Shown here: positions 14,801 through 24,698 of the stretch, in pieces | Layout: each line of letters begins with the position of its first letter | How positions within the stretch are numbered: the stretch's first letter is position 1 | Origin: Azolla caroliniana | Lineage: Eukaryota > Plantae > Polypodiophyta | Assembly: GCA_043228905.1 (NCBI GenBank) | Contig: JBHGNT010000004.1 | Location: 1,302,001 to 1,366,000, forward strand | Direction: 5' to 3' | DNA: 64,000 bases | Notes under the pieces: generated by a model | Seen by the model: the letters and a program-made list of their open reading frames with translations, nothing else | Databases searched by the model: none | Told to the model about the DNA's origin: nothing | Made by a program: the position numbers and the translations under genes

Positions 14801-16846
14801 AAGCAACAACATTTTAGAGAAATGTGGACAAAGGTAGAGACGTATTCACATCGTTTGGGGAGAGAATAAAGTGGAGACATGCTCCACCAAGGTGCCTTTT
14901 TCCGGCCCCCATTATGGAAGGTAGCTACGTGATGGCTTTTGCTATTCAACATGTGGGTATGGTGGTTGCGTTTTCATGTATGAGTTCTTTGTAGCCTTTG
15001 GGCATCTTTCCATTAATACCCAGGCGAATCTTCAATGAAAAAAATAAAATCCAAATTGCGACTAGTGGCTTTCTTTTATCTCTGAAATTGGGGTTTGAAG
15101 GAATGCGGCATACCCTCTTCACAAGTTTGTGAATAGAGTTCCCCATGCATTGCCAACTAAAATTGGTTGACAAAACATTGTAGGGTTTCATAGCCCCTTA
15201 AAAGCATACTCAAGATGCTATCCTTCAAGAATCAGAATCCCATTGAGGCATCGAATAGCTTCAAATATAAGACCCATGGTGACCTTGATAACAAGCCTAC
15301 ATCTTACATAATAGTATAAGCACCATGTGAAAAGCACAAAGGGCATATGCTAAAGTTGCAGTAAACCATTCCTCGTTTAGAGAAGACCATAGCCTATTCA
15401 CTAAAGTATTCACTTGCATGGCTGTACAAAACCAATAGGTGACAACACTTTACAATCAATGGTGGTCTACACTATCAATTTGGCTTCTTATGTGGAATAT
15501 AATCTCCATTTGAAAGATGGGCAAAAAGCAAATGCTACTATTAAAAGACATGGTACCAACATCAGCATAAATTGATGCATACATGCTTTGAAAGGGGAGA
15601 AATGTGCATATACTAAAATTACGTGAAACCATGCTACAGTTATAGACACCAATACCTTCTGCAACTTGTTCTCGAATGCATCAATGTAAATTGAACTGTC
15701 CAAGATCCTCAAGGAACTCAAATGTGGCATCAAGATATGCATCGGCAACATCTCGAGTTCCAGACTCATTAACTCGATCGGAAATAACCTTTAACACTGG
15801 TCTTTTCAAGATCGATTCATCAGGGTTATTGAGTAGAAAGTCATTTGCTTCCTCTGCGATCTCTAAGATGAGCTCAAATTTGTTGTCACTTTGTAGCTTC
15901 ATCTTCTCCACATCATAATTGAGGTGCATACCTTGCTCTTTCATTCGCCGCTCTTGACGCTCCAAATGTGGATCCCAATAATCCTCACCCCGTTCAGATT
16001 TGGTGTCTTTTCGTTTCTGGTAGGAAAATCTCTCTCTCTCTCTCTCTCATCATCATCTAGGCTTAGAGTTTTGCACCGAAGCATCAAAAGTCATCAAATT
16101 GAGAGAACCCAAGTTCGATCCTCACCATGAGCTAAGCCCTGTCTAATTAGATCATATTTTGACAAACATATGTATGGATGGATGCATATATGGTATGTTC
16201 ATGCCTATGTATATGCAGATGTATCCGAAAATGTATCTGTATATATGTATATATACATGAATGTCTGCATATATGTATATCATTTAGACATTGACATTTC
16301 TGGTTTATGAGTTTATGTTTCATACTTAGCTGCTGTAAGGTATAATCCAGTTTCATTGTGGTTTTCTTTACTAGTCATGATGCCCATATTAGCTTTACCT
16401 GAATGGTCCATTTCTGAGTTTGTGATAAATATTTCCAGCTCTATTTTATTTCTGTCTGTTGGACATATGTTCTTTGCATTTTTTGTTATTCTCATTTGCC
16501 CTTTTGGCTACCTTTTAGTTTTATTTTTCTAATGATTGGTTAGCTTTTCTGGCTGCATATGTTCTGTTTTGTGTCTAATGTTTTTCAGATGGTCAGCTCA
16601 AATTTCTAACTCTCTAATTTTCTTATGATTTAATTGTAAAGAAATCTGAGATTTAAATTTCCTTATGGAGATATTTTCTATCCAATACTAAATCTTCAAA
16701 CAGAACAAACAGCTATTGCTTCTATTTCCCATATTTAAGCTTGTGAATATAACCATACCTCTACTCTATAGCTGACAATTGGATATCTCAAAACACGAAG
16801 AAAAGAAGGCATCTTTGTCATTCTATACATAGTTTCTTCCTCGAAC

Positions 16847-17013
16847 ATACGACTTTTGCCAAATACTAACATAATCTCTAACATTAGAGAGGAACTGGAG
16901 TTTATCAGGAACCTTAATCCTATATATATGGTTCTTCCTGAAATATAGGACTTTTTTCCAATACTAACATCATCTCTAACATTAGTGAGGATATGAAATT
17001 TACCAGGAACCTT
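16847..17013. repeat. Degenerate tandem duplication (~98-bp period)
   Basis: GACTTTT..C.AATACTAACAT.ATCTCTAACATTAG.GAGGA...CAGGAACCTT occurs twice. Confidence 0.75.
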
Positions 17014-17793
17014 CGCCTTCTACGCTCTTCTGGCCTTCTTGGGCTGCAAGCATTTATGATTAGCTTTCTTGGACGTTCCTATAAAAGACGCAAGATAAAA
17101 AAAAGAGAGATCTCTATCTCTCTCCAGACACACAAACACTCACTCACTCACACTCACACATGTATTTGCATATATGTGATGTATGCATGTATTTATGTGT
17201 CTCCATCTGCATGTACATCTACACATATATGCATATATGCATCTATAAACACATATGCAGATTCTCTCTCTCTCTCTGATTGGATAAATACCCAATTTGT
17301 TGTAAACCAACTGTCTCATGGGCCAATTTTGGCCTTAGAAGACGTTAATATATCTTTCGTTCTTTCTGAAATTCTGGGCCTACCCTAGTTGTAAGCTAAT
17401 TAGGCTATCAAAGCAAGGTCCTGAGTTCTTTTGTTACACCATTTATCACTTCTCCTAAAGTACATTGCCACACCTCAAGATCTCCAAACAGGCTGACGCG
17501 ACACCATATTTTACTGTGAACCAATTATGTAGAAACCTCTCAATCTCTCCTTCTATCTCTCTAGTTTTCTCTCTTTCATAGCAGGTTTCAGTTTCTTATT
17601 AGGTGTGGTGTCTTCCATATACAATTATAGTGTTATTGGCTTCTGTTTCTCTGTCTCTGTTTCCCACCTCATCATCATCATCATCAAATCTCAGAGAACA
17701 CGCAGAAAGAATCGCTTACCGGATAGAGCGTCGTTGATGTGCAGAAGGCGAGCGAAGGGAAGGTGGATGCCATTGATAAGAATGGAACCAATC

Positions 17794-17898
17794 TACATAC
17801 ATACATACATACATACATACATACATACATACATTACATACATACATTACATACACATACATTACATACATTAGATACATACATTACATACATACATA
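17794..17898. repeat. (TACA)n / TACAT microsatellite
   Basis: Read directly from the sequence. Confidence 0.9.
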
Positions 17899-20018
17899 GG
17901 ATGAAATGGGCACCCACCTTTCCTTCTACCCTACCCTATCCACTCTCTCCTCACAAACTTACCTTTCTCGAGGTAAGTTTCATGCCCATCACATATGCTT
18001 TCGGTCATCCGCATTCATGTATCCGATGATTGTTAATATTGCTCGATGTTTCATCATGGACTCGCCCGTGTCCCATTCCATATGTGATGATTGTTAATAT
18101 CGCTCCATGTTTTATGGATTCGTCTGCCTTGTACCCTTCAATCACTAAATCCTAACGTTGGGCATGGTTCCACACCTATGAGGATCATGGTAGACTTGAC
18201 TTGCCCGAGTATTGATTCGATCGTTCATGTGCAGTTATCCTAGGCTGATAGTATACGTGTGCGTGGAAGTAAATGGGTTATGCACATACATGGATGGCCA
18301 CGTGTGGGTGAGGCATGCCATGTGTTTGGATAGTTATGAAGTTAAAGTGTCATATTACCACAATACATGATCAATGAGGGGGGTTATTCATTGTCTCTTG
18401 ATAAAAATGTGACACATCTCCAACTAGCTTACCTATTAGTAACAATAAGTTTGATTGACTACTTGGGGACTCCTTGGTGGAAAACTTAAAGCTATAGAAT
18501 GTCGGCGCAAATGGATGACGAAGACTTAGCAAAGGCAGAACGAAATATCATTAATGGGATGAGATGAGAACCAAAATTTATGTATGATTATGCTCAAAAT
18601 GATCTAGAAGCAAAGGCAAGCATTTGCCAAAGGATGTTTACTACCAATATTTCGGACATGATCCAAAGTTATGGTAGCAAAACATTAGATGCAATGGCAT
18701 ACTATGTAAGTCCTTTTATAAATGGATTGAAAATCAGTTGATAGAGATATTCTTTTGTAAAACATGCATCAAAATCATGCCAACTAATCTATTTTCCTAA
18801 GAGGAAGAGTTCATTGAGAGACCAATGGAAAACAAAGTAGGAGGAATGGTTGGACTAGTTTTGGAAATTACTAAGTGACCACACATGGTTAAATGAATTG
18901 AAGTTCTTGTTATCCGTGGCACCAATTATGCAATTACTAGACTAAAATGAAGAAGTCAATGCATTTGTGGATGACATCACAATCAAGATTTCTTTAATGC
19001 AACTCTATGATCCAAAATGTAAGTGTACATGTGCCTATAGGTGTTCAACAAATAAATGGATTATTCTATAAGTGAGTTGGAAAGCACTTAAAATTCCCCA
19101 TTATTGACTAGGAAACAACTTTTTGCTTTGCGTTCCAGTCGGAAACTACTTCTTACCTTGTCCTTCTTGAGAACCATCTCGAGGTTGGTGTGTGGGAACA
19201 CCCATTACTTGTGGGAACAAGAGTGTGGGTTGAACACTCTCGGGCTACTAACATATAAACTAATTGATCAAACTTTAATCCTAGTCTAAGACTTAATCAT
19301 GTTCACACAATTGATGGTAAAACTAAATACATAAGAGACTTTATCATGTCTGACTATGCTCCTTAAGGAACAACATGGGCAATCACTAACACAAAGTAGC
19401 TTCCATTAGTCTGCTTACATAATTAAAACCTTAGTTAGATACAGTAATTATGTTTAGGTCTTAAATTATTAGGAAAGTTATTAGAGAAAGAAAGGCTTAA
19501 GCTTGAGCTATATGGATTACCCCTTCTAAAAGGTTTACAATTATGTCCTATTCACACTTTTTTAAGGGTATAAAGATTTCTAAATATTGTCATTGTATCC
19601 ATTACAATATTTAGTTCATTCTCCTTATCACCCTACATCCTCAACGGGTCTTTGGTGGATAATTGATTGTAGCATAGGAGGTGTTTACTTAACATCCCTC
19701 GACCCAAGGTGTGTACACTCTCATGTGCACCAATTGAGGTGCCACTAGAGGTACTAAAAGGGGAGGAGGGTTGGTTAGGTTCGGTGGACATGTCAAGTGC
19801 TATAGGCGGTTGTGGGAGGTGACATGTATGTTTGAGATCAATAGAGGGAATGTGTTAAGGGAGGGGAAACATAAGAGGTGAGAAGGAGCTAGGTAGTTGT
19901 GGCATGAAGATCCTCTAAGAAAGTGGGGAAAGCCTCCTATTATCGTAAGTATATATGCTCATGGGTCTGAAAATGTTGGGTAGGCCACCGCAACTTGAAT
20001 AAAAGATAACATTTTGTT

Positions 20019-20860
20019 GATGGAGGGTTGTGGGAGTTAACAATGGAGTTGACACTTCTTTGTCAAGTTGAGCTTCTTATCTCGATTCATGTTGGCACCC
20101 TCGTAGAAAAGCATATATTTGTCTTTATGAAGTTAGAACTCGTGTAATATGGAGGGCTTTGGAAATTAATGGTTGAGTTAACACTTCTGTGGTATTCTTC
20201 AAGTTGAGCTTCTTATAATGATTCATGGAAGCACCCTTGTAAACATGCACTATGTGTGTTGGAATGTGTAAGTGTGTTTGAAAGTTATTCAAGTGGATAT
20301 ACATTTTCATGAAGTTGAACATGTGCAAGGTGGATGGTTGAGGGAGTTCATATTGGATTTGACACTTCTTTGGTCTTCTTCAAGTTGAGCTCCTTATCCT
20401 GATTCATGTGGGCACTGTACACACTATATGTGTGTGGCAATATGTTTATACTGTATGATTGTGTGTGTTGGAATGTGCGAGTATGTATGAAAATGTTGTG
20501 CAAGCAGACATACATCTTCATGAAGTTGGACTTGTTTAAGATGGAGGGTTGTGGGAGTTAACAATTGAGTTGGCACTTTTTGGCCTTCTTCAAGTTCAGC
20601 TTCTTATCCCAATTCATGCAAGCACCCTTGAAAACATGCACTATATGCCATAATGTGCGAGTGTGTTGAAAAGTGTCGTGCAAGCAAGTATGTGCCTTCA
20701 TGAAGTTGAACTTTTGCAAGATGGAGGTTTGCACAAATTAAAAGTGGAGTTGGCATTTCTTTGGTCTTCTTCAAGTTGAGCTTCTTATCTCGATTAGTGT
20801 GGGCACCCTTGTAAACATGCACTATGTATGTAGCAATTAGTTTGTAACTAGATGATTGTA
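20019..20860. repeat. Degenerate tandem repeat, ~5 units of 130-210 bp
   Basis: The core GATGGAGGGTTG...GAGTTGACACTTCTTTGGTCTTCTTCAAGTTGAGCTTCTTATC..GATTCATG..GGCACCC recurs near 20019, 20149, 20329, 20540 and 20720. Confidence 0.85.
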
Positions 20861-21341
20861 TGTTCCAAACAGAGAGTTTAGACTAAATCCATAAGCTTCA
20901 TGAATCTTGCAAACTAGAATTAGTTCAAGGCAAAATAAAATGAAGATCAAATAAGTTTTATTATAATTAAAACCCTTTTATATAGGGTGGGGGACATTAA
21001 GATAATTGAAAAAAACTTGAGGGATATCCTTCAATTTCATTGGAGCAAGTCTATAATAGAAAACATGTCACCTTGGTTGACATTGGCCTCTCACATACCC
21101 TCATTATTCACTACCTTGTGATAATCCATTTGTCAACAAATCCCAAGTGTTTGAATCCATTTTACAAAATCGACAATGAGCTCTCATAATATAACTTTCA
21201 AAAACTATATTGTTGGATAAAATGTTATTGTTACCTCTTTTAGAGTGCATCCATGAATTTTCTTTTTTGTGCACACGCTCATCCTTATCCTTGCATGAAT
21301 GTATGATGCTAGTAAATGTTTGTTTACATGTTTGTATTCCT

Positions 21342-21826
21342 TGTTACCCGTTCCTTTGGGTGAACACCTTCGATAGACCTGCGACTATCGGTATCCAAGG
21401 GCGTGGTACGTGAAGGCTCGTAAACAGAGGCGTCGTGAGGGAGAAAATAATCAGAGATAAAACACTAGCGAGATCTTGATAGGCATGGACGGCGCTGAAA
21501 TCATAAGTACGAGAAAAAGCATAGACACATGGAGCAAGATGGGCACAAATCAGATATATATTACTGCAACACCCAAAGGATTACAGAACACGGCCTACGG
21601 CTGGTGACCTTACAGGATTATCTAGTTACGATGGAATATGCTAGTGCTTCCGCCTATATTTTCTGCTCCTCCTCTGAGGTATTGGACCTCGTTTAAATAA
21701 CGTTTCCCTAATACACACCCGAGCCCGTGATACTCGGACTCGGCGTTCGCTGGCGTTCTTACCTACTTGGTCACACTATCGCCGTTCGCTAATTTCCTAA
21801 TTTACATTTCTGTCCTCTGGACAACA
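21342..21826 (-). repeat. Element A 3' LTR (left)
   Basis: About 21 substitutions versus the right LTR by manual comparison (~4%). The - strand shows TATTTAAA followed by a TGTAA/T-rich U5-like tract. Confidence 0.92.
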
Positions 21827-21828
21827 CC

Positions 21829-21871
21829 TGGCACGCCCGTGGGACAGGACATTGTCCGTCGGACCCACGAT
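21829..21871 (+). other. tRNA-Arg-complementary (PBS-like) site at the position where the PPT is expected
   Basis: TGGCACGCCCGTGGGAC lies 2 nt from the LTR end, followed by a 13-nt insert and TCGGACCCACGAT. It resembles the reverse complement of a plant tRNA-Arg 3' end (tRNA sequence recalled from memory). Confidence 0.7.
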
Positions 21872-23026
21872 TTAAAAAATAATAACAAAGTTACAAAAAT
21901 TGCCCTTTAGGTGTGATCCTCGTTCTATTCCTCTTCTAAGATGTCGAGGATGTTTTCGGGGTCTGGGGTGGTGGCAGGGTGGTCTTGTTGTAGCGTCAGT
22001 GTAGGGGGTTGAGTTGGGGCCGGGGGTGTTATCTCTTCTCGGGAGTCCTCCTCTAGTGTGGCTGATTCTGGTGGTGGTGTGGGTTCGAGCGGGCTGACCT
22101 CTACTTCGACCGAGTCTGGTTCTGTGTGGGCGTCCTCGGGAGGTCTGTTGGCCGGGGCGAGTTCCTCCTATGTCGCGTCCGTGATCTCCTCGCTGGGAGG
22201 TTCTTCCTTCTGTTGGGATGGCTGCGAGTCGTTCACGTTCGAGGGCTTCTGCTTCCAGGCGAAACAACATCTGATCGTCATTGAAGTCCTCCAGCATTTG
22301 CTCGATTGCTGCGGTGTGAGATTTCGCCAAGGAATGATAATCCTCGGTTAAATCTGCACGGAGGTTTTGGATGCTAGCTTCGTCCATTTTATAAAAGCCG
22401 CGGGCCTCCTTCCGTCGGTTCTCGGCGTCACCTCGTAAAATATGCAATTCGGCAGCTTGGGCTGCCCATTCTTCTCTTGCGTGACTTAATGTTTCCTCCA
22501 CCTTTTTGGTGAGGTGCTGGCGCTGTTTCTCGATCAATATCCTGATGTGTGTCTCATCCATGCCGGGCTGTGCCCGGACGGCTGCCAATTCTTCTTTTAA
22601 TCCGTTGACCTCGGCTTGAAGCTTCGCTGCGAGTAGTTCATAAGTGGCTTGAGTGTTCTTTGCTTCCGCGATTACAAGCTAGATAGATTGCTCGTAATGC
22701 TTGGTGAGCTCTTTGGTAGCTCCCTCTCATTCTTTTTTACACTCGGCCCGGACTTGTTCCCGTTCGACGATTCTCTTCTTGTAGGGCGAGGTAGGAGTCT
22801 GATAGTTCATCCTTTTGCTCCGAAAGCAACTTGCATTCTACGAAAAACTTGTCAGCCATTTCTTTAAAGGACAGACGCTGACTCTGTAGCTCGGCATTCT
22901 CTGCGACCATTTTCTCCTCCCGTTGGCGATCTCTTTCCTCCTCCCGGTGGTTCCATTCTTTCGCATAGTCAAGTGCGGCCTGTAGGTCTAGGACCTCCTT
23001 CTCTTTCTCTGCCACGATGGCCGCGT
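21872..23026 (-). pseudogene. Extra 3' ORF of element A (coiled-coil rich, unknown function), disrupted
   Basis: ORFs 22737-23015 and 21872-22588 are E/K/R/A-rich and heptad-like. They lie between the nested insert D and the 3' LTR, in the same sense as gag. Confidence 0.6.
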
Positions 23027-23223
23027 TGTCGTGAAGAAAACCGTCCCCAGGCGCAAACCGTGTATAATGTGTGTGAACCGGCCCTTACACGTGGGCACGC
23101 CCCTTGTTGTATAGTAGATAGGTAGGCACAAAAGTCAAATCCTAGGTAGCAATATTCTATAGGGGAAATCAAGGAGTATCTCTGTCCGAAAGGACAGAGA
23201 ATTAATGTGATGTAAACGGGTAA
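23027..23223 (+). repeat. Inverted 5' (U3) fragment of the element D LTR
   Basis: Reverse complement of 23777-23973 (~12 differences in 197 bp). It starts exactly at the LTR terminus TGTCGTGAAG. Confidence 0.92.
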
Positions 23224-23291
23224 CCGTAGACAGCCTTCCGGAGTGCCGGAGCTACGGCAAGTGCTTCCTTCATCTTTCGGACAGACTCCGT

Positions 23292-23973
23292 TGTCGTGTT
23301 GCTACGCGCGTGCGTGGAGAACAAGGCGGGACCACTGGGGTCTTGGACCGAGGAATAGGTGAGGAAAGAGAGAGAGAGAGAGAGACGCTCACTCATGTAT
23401 AGACAAAGAGGCGCACAGGGACGCGACACAACAACACAGGAGACACGAGTTGAGAACACTAGAGGATGTATGTAAATATATGCATGTATTTGTAAGTATG
23501 CAGACGACTCGAACGGTTACAGCCGATCAGGTCGGCGAGGTGTATGCCGATGCCTGATCACCCACGTGCACAGGAGAGCAAGATGGAGATTCTGTCGGAA
23601 GCACATGGGTGTTCCATGGAGCAGAATCAGCCTCCTGAGAACCTGCGTAAAAGAAGCTATGGAGAACGATAGAGAAGAAGAGCTCGGTCCCAGTCCGACA
23701 ACACTTCGTTCCTTAGCGCGCGATACCTTTCTCTCCCCGTCTCCCTCTCTTTTATAGCTCAAGGAGGGAGGCCGTCTTACCCGTTTACATCACGTTAATT
23801 CTCCGTCCTTTCGGACAGAGATACTCCTCGATTCTCCCTATAGAATATTGCTACCTAGGATGTGACCTTTGTGCCTACCTATCTACTGCACAACAAGGGA
23901 CGTGCCCACGTGTAAGGGCTGGTTCACACACACTATACACGGTTTGCGCCTGGGGACGGTTTTCTTCACGACA
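23292..23973 (-). repeat. Element D 3' LTR (682 bp)
   Basis: Terminal inverted repeats TGTCGTG...CACGACA. On the - strand it is preceded by the PPT GGTTAGGTGGGGGCGGA (23974-23990), just downstream of the integrase ORF. Confidence 0.88.
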
Positions 23974-24050
23974 TCCGCCCCCACCTAACCGCGCATCCAC
24001 CGGTATGCGCCAAAATTGGGTTCCTACTTGGAGAAAACCGGTCCTTGCTT

Positions 24051-24698
24051 TTATTCCTCGTTTACCGGTTCATCCTCCGCCTCGGGCTGCTCGTCGTCGC
24101 TGTCCGTGCCCCCTAGCTCCGGCTCACCGTCGTGTCGTTTCGTGAACGCTTTGATCCTCTTCCCTGCTACCGGTATCGCCATTCTCGTACCGTCGAGCTC
24201 CGCGAGATGGTACGTCCCATTGTCGTTGGCGCCTGTTACTACGTAAGGCCCGAACCACCTCCTCGCAAACTTCTGTGTGGCCCTGTGCTGATTGTCGAGG
24301 TTACTGTCGTAGACTAGCACCCAGTCGCCTTGCTCGATCTTCCTCGGCCTGGACCGGTGTGTTCGGTCGAACCGGGCTTTGTTCCTTATCCTCGCTACTC
24401 GAAGTTTCTCCGTGGCTCGCTCTACGTCCTCCGGCCTCCGCTCGAGCTGTCGAATCCGCGCCGCCAACAGTTCCTCCCGGCTCATCTCATCCCTCCAGTC
24501 CACCGTGGCCCACGAGGAGATCGTTCTCTCTATTGGCATGATCGGCTTCTGTCCGAACATCAGCTCGGTCGGCATGAACCCGGTTACCGAACTGTGCGTA
24601 GTCCGGTCCGCCCACAAGGCATAAGGTAGCAGCCGTGGCCAGTCCCCGACTCGGCCTCCGCACGCCCGTACTAGCGCTTTGACAATTGGCCCGTGTCC
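24051..24698 (-). pseudogene. Element D integrase C-terminal part
   Basis: GHGPIVKAL...WPRLLPYALWADRTTHSSVTGFMPTELMFG...GPY motif. Confidence 0.85.

Noticed and set aside
21342-21871. Left LTR plus PBS as the 5' end of a separate + strand element
   Set aside because: Both LTRs are direct repeats bounded by one TSD (TTCCT), and all internal ORFs and the LTR promoter polarity are on the - strand.
21829-21871. A real tRNA gene
   Set aside because: Only the 3' half is present, with an insert in the T-loop and encoded CCA; there is no D-arm, anticodon arm or A-box.
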